This document shows, one piece after another, positions 27,701-43,700 of a stretch of DNA of 64,000 nucleotides. The stretch is from Macrostomum lignano (taxonomy: Eukaryota), in the NCBI GenBank assembly GCA_002269645.1, contig NIVC01002227.1:1-64000 (forward strand). The letters run 5' to 3'. Every line of letters starts with the position of its first letter. Position 1 is the stretch's first letter. Made by a program: the position numbers and the translations under genes. Below the pieces are notes generated by a model, which was given only the letters and a program-made list of their open reading frames with translations, made no database searches and was not told where the DNA came from.

Positions 27701-28884
27701 CTGTCTGGTATGTCTGTCTTAGTGTCTGTCTGTCTGTCTGTGTGTGTCTGTCTTAGTGTCTGTCTTAGTGTCTGTCTGTGTGTGTGTCTGTCTTAGTGTC
27801 TGTCTTAGTGTCTGTCCGCCTGAGTGTGTCTGTCTTAGCGTCTGTCTGTCTGTCTGTCTGTGTGTGTCTGTCTTAGTGTCTGTCTGTGTGTGGCTGTCTT
27901 AGTGTCTGTCTGTGTGTGTCTGTCTTAGTGTCTGTCTGTCTGAGTGTGTCTGTCTTAGTGTCTGTCCGTCTGTGTGCGTGTCTGTCTGTCTGGTGTGTCT
28001 GTCTTAGTGTCTGTCTGTCTGTCTGTCTGTGTGTCTGTCTGTCTGTGTGTGTGTGTGTGTCTGTCTGTCTGTGTGTGTGTCTGTCTTAGTGTCTGTCTGT
28101 GTGTGTCTGTCTTAGTGTCTGTCTGTGTGTGTGTGTCTGTCTTAGTGTCTGTCTGTCTGAGTGTGTCTGTCTTAGTGTCTGTCTGTCTGAGTGTGTCTGT
28201 CTTAGTGTCTGTCCGTCTGTCTTAGTGTCTGTCTGTCTGTCTGTCTGTCTGTGTGTCTGTCTGTCTGTCTGTGTGTGTGTGTCTGTCTGTCTGTCTGTGT
28301 GTGTCTGTCTTAGTGTCTGTCTGTGTGTGTCTGTCTGAGTGTGTATGTTTTAGTGTCTGTCTGTGTGTGTCTGTCTTAGTGTCTGTCTGTCTGAGTGTGT
28401 CTGTCTTAGTGTCTGTCTGTGTGTGTCTGTCTTAGTGTCTGTCTGTCTGAGTGTGTCTGTCTTAGTGTCTGTCCGTCTGTGTGTCTGTCTTAGTGTCTGT
28501 CTGTCTGTCTGTGTGTCTGTCTGTCTGTCTGTCTGTGTGTGTGTGTCTGTCTGTCTGTGTGTGTGTCTGTCTTAGTGTCTGTCTGTGTGTGTCTGTCTTA
28601 GTGTCTGTCTGTCTGAGTGTGTCTGTCTTAGTGTCTGTCTGTGTGTGCGTCTGTCTTAGTGTCTGTCTGTGTGTGTGTGTCTGTCTTAGTGTCTGTCTGT
28701 CTGTCTGTGTGTCTGTCTGTCTGGTGTGTCTGTCTTAGTGTCTGTCTGTCTGTCTGTGTGTGTGTGTCTGTCTGTCTGTCTGGTGTGTCTGTCTTAGTGT
28801 CTGTCTGTCTGTGTGTGTGTGTCTGTCTGTCTGTCTGTCTGTCTGGTGTGTCTGTCTTAGTATCTGTCTGTCTGTGTGTCTGTG

Positions 28885-28927
<43 letters not shown>

Positions 28928-29687
28928 GTGTCTGTCTGTCTGTCTGTCTGTCTGTCTGCAAAACCACAACGCCATATCCCCCAAGCCACCAGCAGTCCCA
29001 TCAGCAACTCACCTGCTGAAAGTGTAGATTCCAAGCACCTTGACCGGCTGATGCCGGTAGCCCTCGCGGCAGATGCAGCAGACCAGACCAGACTCCTCTT
29101 TGACATCCTCAGCCAGGGTGCCAACAGCGCTAAGCGAGGCCCTCACCTGGCCCTTGCTATTAGTTGACATCTTCAAATTCTGCAAGGCCTTCTGCCTCTG
29201 CGCCATGGCCAGACGCTTCTTCTCCTCGCGAGTTCGCTGCCGGGTGGCCTCGATTTTGGCCGAGGCGTCCCGCGAGGCCGAGCGAAGCGTGTCGAGCAGC
29301 GACTCGGCCAGCGGGCCCAACTGCTCGGTGCTGCTCACCTGCAGAGCGCAGGTGGGGTGGGTCGAAATACTGGTAAAGTACTGCAGTTGGTTAACTTAAT
29401 TAACCATACTTAGGATTGTTTCTACAGCTACAATTACCATTACTACTGCTGAAAATACTACTTTTACTACTTATGCTACAAGTACGATAACGACTTATAT
29501 CACGACTACTAGCTACAACTACTAGTAGTAAAACATCTACTACTACTACTAACACCACCACTACTACTACTGCTACTAATACTACTGCTGCTGCTGCTGC
29601 TACTACTACTACTAATACTACTACTGCTACTACTACTACTGCTACTACTACTACTACCACTACTACTACCACTACTACTACTACCAC

Positions 29688-29736
<49 letters not shown>

Positions 29737-29884
29737 GCTAATACTACTACTACCACTACTACTACTACTACTGCTACTACTACTGCTGCTGCTGCTGCTA
29801 CTACTACTACTAATACTACTACTGCTGCTGCTGCTACTACTACTACTAATACTACTACTGCTACTACTACTGCTACTACTACTA

Positions 29885-29915
<31 letters not shown>

Positions 29916-29923
29916 CACTACTA

Positions 29924-29982
<59 letters not shown>

Positions 29983-30061
29983 GCAACTACTATTACTACC
30001 ACTACTACTACCACTACTACTACTACCACTACTACTACTACCACTACTACTACCACTACTA

Positions 30062-30123
<62 letters not shown>

Positions 30124-30136
30124 GCAACTACTATTA

Positions 30137-30195
<59 letters not shown>

Positions 30196-30289
30196 GCAAC
30201 TACTATTACTACCACTACTACTACTACTACTACTACTGCAACTACTATTACTACCACTACTACTACCACTACTACTACTACCACTACTA

Positions 30290-30321
<32 letters not shown>

Positions 30322-33300
30322 GCAACTACTATTACTACCACTACTACTACCACTACTACTACTACCACTACTACTACTACCACTACTACTACCACTACTA
30401 CTACTGCAACTACTATTACTACCACTACTACTACCACTACTACTACTACCACTACTACTACTACCACTACTACTACTACTACTGCTACTACTACTACTGC
30501 TGCTGCTGCTGCTACTACTACTACTAATACTACTCTAATTACAAAAATAAATAAGCTGCTCACCTGTTCCAATCCGTGCAGCAGCGGCACGCACTGCTTA
30601 GCAACCAATTCACACGAGGCCGCATGATCAGTGCAGCAGCCAATGAGCAGTCGCAGAATATAACGCGCAGACGCGGCGCCCAGCAAACGCTCCCAATCGT
30701 TGCTGCTAACAACCGGACGAGCCAAAGCGCCACTGGGATCAGTGGAGGCCAAGGACTCGGGAGCCAAGGTCAACAAGTGCTTAGTACAAGCGGCAACGAT
30801 TCCTCGCTGGAGTATCAGATCGCGCAGCTTCCTACCGTTCGATCCGGTCTGAGTGCTCTCGGCAATTTTGCAAAAGTACTCCAGGTAGAGCTGATCGTCG
30901 GCGCTTCGGGCTTTATCGAAGGCCGGAAAGTTCAGATAGGGCGAGAAGTACTCAATCAGGGTGCTCATCTTGCTATCGTCGCCAAAAGCCAGGGAGGGCA
31001 GCAGGCGGACCAGGCCGTGGCTCAACTCGCGGTGACTGGCTGAGAACGACGAGTCGAGACGTTTGAGCAGCAGGAGAAGCTGCTCAGCGTCGCCCGTCTG
31101 ACGAGCGAATGCCTGCGGTGTTGAGGAAATACAGGAAGAAAGGCCAGAATATAAGAAGATATTTAGTTAACTAAAGTGAACCAGCAACTGAGGATATGGG
31201 AGGCTGGCCCAGCAGCTGAGGATCTGGGAGGCTGGCCAGCAACTGAGGATCTGGGAGGCTGGCCCAGCAACTGAGGATCTGGGAGGCTGGCCCAGCAACT
31301 GGGGATCTAGGAGGCTGGCCCAGCAACTGGGGATCTGGGAGGCTGGCCAGCAACTGAGGATCTGGGAGGCTGGCCCAGCAACTGGGGATCTGGGAGGCTG
31401 GCCCAGCAACTGGGGATCTGGGAGGCTGGCCCAGCAACTGAGGATCTGGGAGGCTGGCCCAGCAACTGAGGATCTGGGAGGCTGGTAGCCCAGCAACTGA
31501 GGATCTGGGAGGCTGGCCCAGCAACTGAGGATCTGGGAGGCTGGCCCAGCAACTGAGGATCTGGGAGGCTGGTAGCCCAGCAACTGAGGATCTGGGAGGC
31601 TGGCCCAGCAACTGAGGATCTGGGAGGCTGGCCCAGCAACTGGGGATCTGGGAGGCTGGCCCAGCAACTGAGGATCTGGGAGGCTGGCCTAGCAACTGAG
31701 AATCTGGGAGGCTGGCCCAGCAGCTGAGGATCTGGGAGGCTGGCCCAGCAACTGAGAATCTGGGAGGCTGGCCCAGCAACTGAGGATCTGGTAGGCTGGC
31801 CCAGCAACTGAGGATCTGGTAGGCTGGCCCAGCAACTGAGGATCTGGTAGGCTGGCCCAGCAACTGAGGATCCAGGCTCACCTCGCTGACGCTGGCGCTT
31901 GCCTGGTCGGCCTCGCACAGCACCCGCTCCATAATGGCCAGCACCTGCGGACTGAGAGCAAAGCCCATCTCGCCGGACATCACCGTGTTGAGGGTCTTCA
32001 GTAGCACCGGCATAGCGCAGATCCTGGGGTCCAGCAGCACCTGACGATTGCTGGACACCTTCAGGCAGAGCTCCAGCAGGTTGAGGCTGGAGCTGATGAA
32101 CTGCTTAGCCCGGGACAGGTCGCCGCTGGGCACAGTGTCAAGTCGGCGAAGCAGAACAGTCAGACCGCCGCAGGCGCCCACAACCTCCGTCATCCGGTAT
32201 GTTTCCTCTTCGTCCGATTCGGCTTCGGCTTCGAACGATTCGATGAGATCTTCGGTGGCGTCGCCGGACAGGCCGCGGATGCGGAATACAATGCGCATTG
32301 GCTCGCCTTCGGAGTACTTCACGGCCCACACCTGAGCAGCAGGGAATGAGGTGCGGGGTTCGATTCTTAAAAACTGGTTAACAAAGTCCCGGGTTCGATT
32401 ATCAAAAACTAGTTTACGAAAGCCCCGGGTTCGATTCTTGAAAACTGGTTACCAGAAGTCCCAGGTTCGATTCTAGAAAACTGGTTACCAGAAGTCCCAG
32501 TTTCGATTCTAGAAAACTGGTTACCAGAAGTCACAGTTTCGATTCTTGAAAACTGAGTAACGGAAGTTACGGGTTCGATTCTTGAAAACTGAGTCACGGA
32601 AGTTACGGGTTCGATTCTTGAAAACTGAGTAACGGAAGTCACGGGTTCGATTCTTGAAAACTGAGTAACGGAAGTCACGGGTTCGATTCTTGAAAACTGA
32701 GTAACGGAAGTCACGGGTTCGATTCTTGAAAACTGAGTAACGGAAGTCACGGGTTCGATTCTTGAAAACTGAGTAACGGAAGTTACGGGTTCGATTCTTG
32801 AAAACTGAGTAACGGAAGTCACGGGTTCGATTCTTGAAAACTGAGTAACGGAAGTTACGGGTTCGATTCTTGAAAACTGAGTAACGGAAGTCACGGGTTC
32901 GATTCTTGAAAACTGAATAACGGAAGTCACGGGTTCGATTCTTGAAAACTGAGTAACGGAAGTCACGGGTTCGATTCTTGAAAACTGAGTAACGGAAGTC
33001 ATGTGTTCGATTCTTGAAAACTGAGTAACGGAAGTCACGGGTTCGATTCTTGAAAACTGAGTAACGGAAGTCACGGGTTCGATTCTTGAAAACTGAGTAA
33101 CGGAAGTCACGGGTTCGATTCTTGAAAACTGAGTAACGGAAGTCACGGGTTCGATTCTTGAAAACTGAGTAACGGAAGTCACGGGTTCGATTCTTGAAAA
33201 CTGAATAACCGAAGTCACGGGTTCGATTCTTGAAAACTGAATAACCAAAGTCCGGAGTTGAAGTTTTGAAAATAGTTAATACAAGTCCCTGGTTCGAGTC

Positions 33301-36300
33301 CGGTAAAAAAGATTTACCGGTTTTGTGTAGCATGTCTCACCTTCTTATAGACCATAGCCACTGGCAGGTCCAAGCTGATAATCTTATTATCAACTAGCAG
33401 TTCCATAGCGGTGTCATCGTCAGCTAGGGACACCATATCCGTGTCCTTGCAGATCTTGGCTTTTACGTTGCGCATCAGCGGGCCAAGCTGAGGATCGCGC
33501 GAGCTGAACGAGCTGCCTTGAATGCGGCCGTGCAGGAACTCCTCTTGGCTGGGATCTTTCTCCAAGACCATGAAGAACTCAGGCACCTGTAGCGCGTGTC
33601 ACAGGGCTTTATATAAGTCCTGTTGCTATGAGAGACACCCCATGGCCCATATTGAGTAACAGGTTTCACGCCGACTGCGACACAAGTTCTGACACTAATT
33701 GACCCTACAATCCCAAGTCCTAACACTTATTGACCCTACAATCCCAAGTCCTGACACTTATTGACCCTACAATCCCAAGTCCTGACACTAATTGACCCTA
33801 CAATCCCAAGTCCTGACACTTATTGACCCTACAATCCCTAGTCCTGACACTTATTGACCCTACAATCCCAAGTCCTGACACTTATTGACCCTACAATCCC
33901 AAGTCCTGACACTTATTGACCCTAATCTCCTTAGTTCTGACACTCAATAATATGACTGATACGTTAAGACGTAAATTGAGACGACGTAGTGTCATGAGAC
34001 GTAGTGACATGACATATCTAAGCTATAGTCCTGACGCTAATTCTGATAATTATATTGACTCTAATCCACTAACACTTATTGATATCCAGCCACTTATGTT
34101 GACACAAATCCTGACACTTATATTGACACAAATCCTGACACTTATATTGACGCTAAGCCTGACTGACACATATCGATAATCCTGACACTATATTGACACC
34201 AATCCTGACACTTATTGTCGCTAAGCCTGACTGACACATATTGATAATCCTGACACTTATATTGACGCTAATCCTGACACTTATTGCCGCTAAGCCTGAC
34301 TGACACATATTGATAATCCTGACACTTACATTTACACAAATCCTGACACTATATTGACACAAATCCTGACACTTACATTGACACCAATCCTGACACTATA
34401 TTGACACAAATCCTGACACTATATTGACACAAATCCTGACACTTACATTGACACCAATCCTGACACTATATTGACACCAATCCTGACACTTACATTGACA
34501 CCAATCCTGACACTTACATTGACACCAATCCTGACACTATATTGACACCAATCCTGACACTTGTATTGACACCAATCCTGACACTATATTGACACCAATC
34601 CTGACACTATATTAACACCAATCCTGACACTATATTGACACCAATCCTGACACTATATTAACACCAATCCTGACACTTACATTTACACCAATCCTGACAC
34701 TTACATTGATACCAATCCTGACACTATATTGACACCAATCCTGACACTTGTATTGACACCAATCCTGACACTTACATTGACACCAATCCTGACACTATAT
34801 TGACACTAATCCTGACACTTACATTGACACCAATCCTGACACTATATTGACACCAATCCTGACACTTACATTGACACCAATCCTGACACTTACATTGACA
34901 CTAATCCTGACACTTACATTGACACCAATCCTGACACTATATTGACACCAATCCTGACACTTGTATTGACACCAATCCTGACACTTACATTGACACCAAT
35001 CCTGACACTATATTGACACTAATCCTGACACTTACATTGACACCAATCCTGACACTATATTGACACCAATCCTGACACTATATTGACACCAATCCTGACA
35101 CTATATTGACACCAATCCTGACACTATATTGACACCAATCCTGACACTTGTATTGACACCAATCCTGACACTATATTGACACCAATCCTGACACTATATT
35201 GACACCAATCCTGACACTTACATTTACACAAATCCTGACACTTACATTGACACCAATCCTGACACTATATTGACACCAATCCTGACACTTGTATTGACAC
35301 CAATCCTGACACTATATTGACACCAATCCTGACACTATATTGACACCAATCCTGACACTTACATTGACACCAATCCTGACACTATATTGACACCAATACT
35401 GACACTTACATTGACACCAATCCTGACACTTACATTTACACAAATCCTGACACTTACATTGACACCAATCCTGACACTATATTGACACCAATCCTGACAC
35501 TATATTGACACCAATCCTGACACTATATTGACACCAATCCTGACACTTACATTTACACAAATCCTGACACTTACATTGACACCAATCCTGACACTATATT
35601 GACACCAATCCTGACACTTACATTGACACCAATCCTGACACTTACATTGACACCAATCCTGACACTTGTATTGACACCAATCCTGACACTATATTGACAC
35701 CAATCCTGACACTATATTAACACCAATCCTGACACTTACATTTACACAAATCCTGACACTTACATTGACACCAATCCTGACACTTACATTGACACCAATC
35801 CTGACACTTGTATTGACACCAATCCTGACACTATATTGACACCAATCCTGACACTATATTGACACCAATCCTGACACTTACATTTACACAAATCCTGACA
35901 CTTACATTGACACCAATCCTGACACTATATTGACACCAATCCTGACACTTACATTGACACCAATCCTGACACTTACATTGACACCAATCCTGACACTTGT
36001 ATTGACACCAATCCTGACACTATATTGACACCAATCCTGACACTATATTAACACCAATCCTGACACTTACATTTACACAAATCCTGACACTTACATTGAC
36101 ACCAATCCTGACACTTACATTGACACCAATCCTGACACTTGTATTGACACCAATCCTGACACTATATTGACACCAATCCTGACACTTACATTGACACCAA
36201 TCCTGACACTATATTGACACCAATCCTGACACTTCTATATACAACGAAACCGAATCCAATGAAAGCTCACCTCCTGCTTGTGCGGCGTAACCAGACTGCA

Positions 36301-39300
36301 AACCCGGTCGAGAATGAAAGAAGGCGAATGATAATCACTAGGCGGACAGCGTCGAATGGAGTCGAAGCAAATTCGAATAAACAATCGGCGATCATCGTCA
36401 CTAGCCGATGTAAGCTCCTCGAGCAGGCTGAGCAGCCGCTCCTGCGACTCTTCAATCAGCTTGCTGCGCTGCATCACCAGCCGTTTCAGCGACACGTAGC
36501 CGTCCAGAGCCATGCTAACTAGAGTCTCCCTGTGGCGCCGTTTTATTTCGGGCTGCTCTAGCAGGACCAGCACCAATTCTACGTAGGCTTTGAGTGCGAA
36601 GCCTAAGCTCAGATCGGAGCGCAGGCTGAGGGCGGCCTCTTGCTGGGTCAGTTCGGACAGTTCGTTAGTGATGAGGCTGCTCAGACGGTCGAGCAGGCCG
36701 GTCACGGCCGCGTGCAACGCGTAGGGTCGACGACGGAGTAGGCGGAGCGCCAGCGCCAGCAGCTCCTGGATGGAACGAAGAGGGATGATAATAAGGACTA
36801 AACTCGCTTCTGACACTCAATGACTCATTCTGACTTTGCATGACTCATTCTAACATTCTATGACTCATACTGACATTATATGACTCATTCTGACTTTGCA
36901 TTACTCATCCTGAAATTTTATGAGTCATTATGACATTTTATCACTCATTCTGACGTTGTATGACCCATTCTGAACCTTATGACTCATTCTGACATTATAA
37001 CTTATCCTGACATAGTATAACTCAATCTGAAATTGTATGATTCATTCTGACCCTTAATGACTCACTCTGAGATTGCATGACTCATTCTGACATTGTATGA
37101 TTCATTCTAACATTGTATGACCCATTTCGACAAAAAATACTTATCTGACATTACGAGTAAATGACGTATTCTGAAATCATAACTCATCATAACAGCACAC
37201 AAAGCTGCATCTAACCTGTCCGCGCTCCTGAGCACCCGACAGTCCGGGCAGCACTCCCAGCAACAGGCGGAGCATTCGATAGTTCTCATCCCCAGCGGTC
37301 AGCGTCTCCAACAGATCGCACGTGGCCAATCGCAAAGCGGCAGAATTGCCGAACACAGTTTTGCTAATCCAGGCGGCGCCGGGCCAGGTCGAAGACGCCG
37401 ATTGGATCCGATGTCGCTGACGGCGCACCGGCCCAAGCCAGCGATTGGCGTACTTCACAGCCAGGCGTTGGCGACGATCGGCTGCGGCGGCAGCGGCCGA
37501 AGCAGCGGCGGCGGCGGCGGCCGACGACGACGCTGAGGCCGATGTTGACGTCGAGGGTTGCAATAGCTGCAGGAACAGCTGTAGGCACGGCTCGGCAATC
37601 TGGTTAATTAAGTTGGAGATATATTGATTGTATTAAAGACTAGGGGAAAAATATCCCATTGGGGTTTGGATATCGAGTTGGGATTTTTAGAATTGGGATT
37701 AGGGATGAGCTAGCTCTATGGATGATATGAATTCAGGAATAGGGAAAATATCTCATTTGCCGGATTGGGATCAAGGATTACCGAGTTTAGTTGAGGAATT
37801 CAGGAATAGGGGAATTATCCCATTTGCAGGATTGGGATCAAGGATTACCGAGTTTAGTTGAGGAATTCAGGAATAGGGAAATTATCCCATTTGCAGGATT
37901 GGGATCAAGGATTACCGAGTTTAGTTGAGGAATTCAGGAATAGGGAAATTATCCCATTTGCAGGATTGGGATCAAGGATTACCGAGTTTAGTTGAGGAAT
38001 TCAGGAATAGGGAAATTATCCCATTTGCAGGATTGGGATCAACGATTAACGGGATATAAGTTCGGAAATAGGGAAAATATCCCATTTGCAGAATTGGGAT
38101 CAAGGATACGAGCTACAGAGTTCTCAAGGGAAAAATAGGATAATTTATTTTATCTTCTATCAAGTTTGGATTAGGGATTATTCAGTAGCGGATTAGCTTC
38201 TAGAAATAATCGATAATTATTTAAAGCTCACCTGCGCAATTGGTTGCTGACTGCCCGCGTCGCCGCTGCGCACGGCCAGGTGAAACGCGGACACCAGGCA
38301 CGCTAGCCGGCGCTCCCACAGCGAGTCCAGCAGCCGAGCATTGTCAAGCAGAAGATCCACCTCGGAGCGAACGCTCAGCGGAGGCGGCAGGCCGGCCGAG
38401 TCTCCGGCTAGCAGGCCAACATTTTTCTGCCGATAAGCGGCCAGCGAATCCGTCAGCTTCTGCAGCAGTCGGGAGCACAGACGGCGACAGGCCGGTTCGC
38501 TATCCTTCGTGATGAGGCACACGATGTGCTTCACGTCGCCATGGAAACCGAGCAGGCTGTCTACCAGGCCCTGCAGGGTGAATAGGTTTGCGCAAGAAAC
38601 CAATGGTCAGATCTATATATTCTTTTAAAATACGACCGTAAAAATAATTCCTAGAAAGCGGATTTTTTCTTTCTAGGATTTTTTCCTAGAAAGAGAAACA
38701 ATTCTGAGAAGGCGTCATTAAGGTGTGATTCTTGGAAATTGGTTTTAGAGCGATTCTTAGAAAGCGGCTTTAAGGCGATTTTTTGGAAAACGGCTTCACG
38801 ATGATTCTTAGAAAGGGGCTTTAAAATGTGATTCTTGGAAAACGGCTTCACGATGACTCTTAGAAAGGGGCTTTAAAATGTGATTCTTGGAAAACGGCTT
38901 AACGGTGATTCTTAGAAAGGGGCTTTAAAATGTGATTCTTGGAAAACGGCTTCACGGTGATTCTTAGAAAGGGGCTTTAAAATGGGATTCTTGGAAAATG
39001 GCTTCACGATGATTCTTAGAAAGGAGCTTTAAAATGTGATTCTTGGAAAACGGCTTCACGATGATTCTTACGAAAGGGGCTTTAAAATGGGATTCTTGGA
39101 AAATGGCTTCACGATGATTCTTAGAAAGGGGCTTTAAAATGTGATTCTTGGAAAACGGCTTAACGGTGATTCTTAGAAAGGGGCTTTAAAATGTGATTCT
39201 TGGAAAACGGCTTCACGGTGATTCTTAGAAAGGGGCTTTAAAATGGGATTCTTGGAAAATGGCTTCACGATGATTCTTAGAAAGGAGCTTTAAAATGTGA

Positions 39301-40264
39301 TTCTTGGAAAACGGCTTCACGATGATTCTTACGAAAGGGGCTTTAAAATGTGATTCTTGGAAAACGCTTCACGGTGATTCTTAGAAAGGGGCTTTAAAAT
39401 GGGATTCTTGGAAAATGGCTTCACTGCAATTTCTAGAAAGCGGCTCTAGAGCGATTCTTAGAAAGGGGCTTTAAAAGTTGACTTTTGGTAAATGACTTCA
39501 CTGTAATTCCTAGAAAGCGGCTCTAAAGCGATTCTTAGAAAACGGTTTTAGTGCGATTCTAAGAAAAGAGGCTAAAATTGATTCCGAGAAACCGCTTTCT
39601 CACGCTTTCTCAGAAAGGCAATTCTCACGTTAGAAAATAGCTCATTCTAATATAACTGTCCCTTTCGTGTAGCCAGTCCTAGATTTGGGAGTAAATAAAA
39701 CAAATACGGCAGTAAAAAGCTACCTGCTCCTGCAGCACAGACTTAGCCGCCGGATCGGCAACCAGAGCGGTGAGCAATGCTAAGCATTGGCTCACGCTGG
39801 CCGTGGCGCAGCCGAAACAAGTCAGCCGCCTAGTTGACAGAGCGACAGACACCGAGCGTTGAAGATTCTGCTGGCCGCCTACACTGGCCGCACTGTGCCG
39901 GTTATCGTACAGAAACAGCTGACGCCTGGCTGACGTCACTTTCTGCAGCAGGCGGGTGAGCTCGGCGAATGCGGCTTTACAATCCACGCAGTATTTGCCT
40001 GCGGCCGTGTTGATAGCCGGATCGATGGCGGTTGCCGCGGCCAGGGCTAGGCTGGCTGCCGCCGCTGCAGAGCTGCTGCCGCCTCCGCCACCGCTGCTGG
40101 ACTGCTTGACTGAGATCACCTGCGGAGGGCGGAGGTTGCGGTGGCTGTTGTTGGGGTGGGGTACTCGAAACTGAGGAATTTATACAGTGCAGAAGAAAGA
40201 TGGGGAGATACACAGACAGACAGAGACAGAAAACAGACAGACAGACAGAAGGACAGACAGACAG

Positions 40265-40325
<61 letters not shown>

Positions 40326-40528
40326 GAGACAGACAGACAGACAGACAGCCAGCCAGACAGACAGACAGACAGACAGACAGCCAGCCAGACAGACAGACAG
40401 ACAGACAGACAGCCAGACAGACAGACAGACGGACAGACAGACGGACAGACAGACAGACAGACAGAGAGACAGACAGACAGACGGACAGACAGACACTAAG
40501 ACAGGACAGACAGACAGACAGACAGATA

Positions 40529-40561
<33 letters not shown>

Positions 40562-40562
40562 A

Positions 40563-40659
<97 letters not shown>

Positions 40660-40660
40660 C

Positions 40661-40723
<63 letters not shown>

Positions 40724-43700
40724 CACAGACAGACACACAGACAGACAGACAGACAGACAGAAAGACAGACAGACAGACAGACAGACAGACACTAAGACAC
40801 AAGACGGATAGACAAATGAATACAGAGCACTGGGAACGCAGCTCACCGTCCTCGGCTTCTCAGCGCCAGACTCGGCGCCACCTGCAGACCTACCGCCGTT
40901 GGCGCCACCGGCAGCAGTGGAGTGAAAGACGGTTTGCCTGTTGTCCAGCTGGGCCAGAGCGGACTCGATTGCGGCCCTATGAGTCAGTAGGGTCCGGTGC
41001 TTCTTGTCGGCCTGTTCAAGAAGCGACTGCACAGAGGCCAGGGTCTTCTGTCTGGCGGCCTCGTCTTCGATGGCGTCCCATTCGGCGCATGGGCGAGCGG
41101 TGACGCTGGATCAAGTCGTTTTTGAGAATCAATTTTGAGTCGTTTTTTTGAGCTCGAGGGTCGTGTAATTAAAGCCATTAGTTGATGAATGAGCGTGTAA
41201 GTGAATCAGTGACTGAATGCTCGTAAGTGACAGCAGTGAGTAGAGGAGTATAAGCAAATAATTGAGTGACCCAGTGAGTAACAGAGCGCTTGAGTGATTT
41301 AGTGAGTGAATGAGTAAGTGATTGAATTAATGAATGAGTGAGTGAATGGGTGAATGAGTGAGTGATTAAGTGATTGAATGAATGAGTGAATGAGTAAGTG
41401 ATTGAGTGATTGAGTTAATGAATGAATGAGTAAGTGATTGAACGAATGAGTGAGTGATTGAGTGAATGAGTGAATGAGTGAGTGATTGAGTGAGTGAATG
41501 CAGGAATGAGTAAATGAGTGAGTGATTGGATGAATGATTGAGTGAATGAATGAATGAATGAATTGGTGAGTAAGTGATTGAATGAATGAGTGAGTGAATG
41601 AGTGAATGAGTGAGTGATTGAGTGAATGAGTGAATGAGTGAGTGATTGAGTGATTGAGTTAATGAATGAATGAGTAAGTGATTGAACGAATGAGTGAGTG
41701 ATTGAGTGAATGAGTGAATGAGTGAGTGATTGAGTGAGTGAATGCAGGAATGAGTAAATGAGTGAGTGATTGGATGAATGATTGAGTGAATGAATGAATG
41801 AATGAATTGGTGAGTAAGTGATTGAATGAATGAGTGAGTGAATGAGTGAATGAGTGAGTGATTGAGTGAATGAGTGAATGAGTGAGTGATTGAGTGAGTG
41901 AATGCAGGAATGAGTAAATGAGTGAGTGATTGAGTGAGTGAATGCAGGAATGAGTAAATGAGTGAGTGATTGGATGAATGATTGAGTGAATGAATGAATG
42001 AATGAATTGGTGAGTAAGTGATTGAATGAATGAGTGAGTGAATGCAGGAATGAGTAAATGAGTGAGTGATTGGATGAGTGATTGAGTTAATGAATGAATG
42101 AGTAAGGTGATTGAGTGAATGAGTGAGTGATTGTATGAATGAATGAATGAATGAGTGAATGAGTGAGTGATTGAGTGAGTGAATGCAGGAATGAGTAAAT
42201 GAGTGAGTGATTGGATGAATGATTGAGTGAATGAATGAATGAATGAATTGGTGAGTAAGTGATTGAATGAATGAGTGAGTGAATGCAGGAATGAGTAAAT
42301 GAGTGAGTGATTGGATGAGTGATTGAGTTAATGAATGAATGAGTAAGTGATTGAGTGAATGAGTGAGTGATTGTATGAATGAATGAATGAATGAGTGAAT
42401 GAGTGAGTGATTGAGTGAGTGAATGCAGGAATGAGTAAATGAGTGAGTGATGAGTGTTTGTATGAATGAGTGAGGAATTAAAAGCCAAGAGAACTGATAA
42501 AATCGCAAACAATCAATAATATGTAAAACTGTTACCTGAAGTCAAACTTCACGTAGCGACAGTGACCGCAATAGGTGCACAGAAAGGCGTCCCTTTCGTC
42601 ATAATTAATATGCCGACACTTGACGCATTGGAACACGTTCTCGTTACAGTTAGGGCAGACTCCAGGCTGCACAGGCACCGACTGACTGCACCGGGGACAG
42701 TGCATATTCTCAGCCATCACCGAGCTGGTCTCGTAGAAATCCGAGTATTCGAACATCAGACTGCAGGCTACTATTGGTATAGAAAATTCGGCAATAATTT
42801 CCGACTGCGAAGGCGACAATGACACCCGTTTGGCCAGACTCCACAGGCTGCGATTGTTCTTCAAATCCGTGATGTTCAATCCGGATTTGCTGTTATAGAG
42901 CACGTCTACGCAGCGTATCATTCGGCCGCGTTTGACCTCAGATAGGCGAACGGCGATGCGGCTGATTGTGTAGCTGCCGTCTAGCTTGAATATGTGCCTT
43001 TGAGATGAGAATTTCACCTGGTGGCGGGTGGTGCACAGAGTGTGTGGCGGTATTTCGGGTGTCAGAGTGGGTATTTTGAGTGTCAGAGTGGGTATTTTGA
43101 GTGTCAGAGTGGGTATTTTGAGTGTCAGAGTGGGTATTTTGAGTGTCAGAGTGGGTATTTTGAGTGTCAGAGTGGGTATTTTGAGTGTCAGAGTGGGTAT
43201 TTTGAGTGTCAGAGTGGGTATTTTGAGTGTCAGAGTGTGAATTATGGGTGTCAGTGGGTATTTTGGGTGTCAGAGTGGGTATTTTGAGTTTCAGAGTGGG
43301 TATTTTTAGTGTCAGAGTGGGTATTTTGAGTGTCAGAGTGTGAATTATGGGTGTCAGTGGGTATTTTGGGTGTCAGAGTGGGTATTTTGAGTTTCAGAGT
43401 GGGTATTTTGAGTGTCAGAGTGGGTATTTTGAGCGTCAGAGTGGGTATTTAAAATTTCAGAGTGGTATTCAGGTTTCAAAGTGGGTATTTAGAGTGTCAG
43501 AGTGGGTATTCAGGTGTCAGAGTGGGTATTTTTAGTGTCAGAGTAGGTATTTTGGGTGGCAGAGTGGGTATTTTGGGTATGAAAAGAATCGAAGATATCT
43601 CTTGAGTGCCGCAGAGAATACTTCAGGTGTCGGGGGGGATGGAGGGTATTTCTGAGGTGCCCCAGCACAAGAGCACACAAAGCTCACCTCGGACTTGATC

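Noticed and set aside
29400-30563. Poly-Val extension of a UBR4 exon
   Set aside because: A consensus donor CAG|gtgagc at 30564 and in-phase resumption at 29338 show it is intronic (ACT)n.
32355-33300. CRISPR array (36-bp period)
   Set aside because: Contiguous repeats with no unique spacers, eukaryotic intron, no cas genes.
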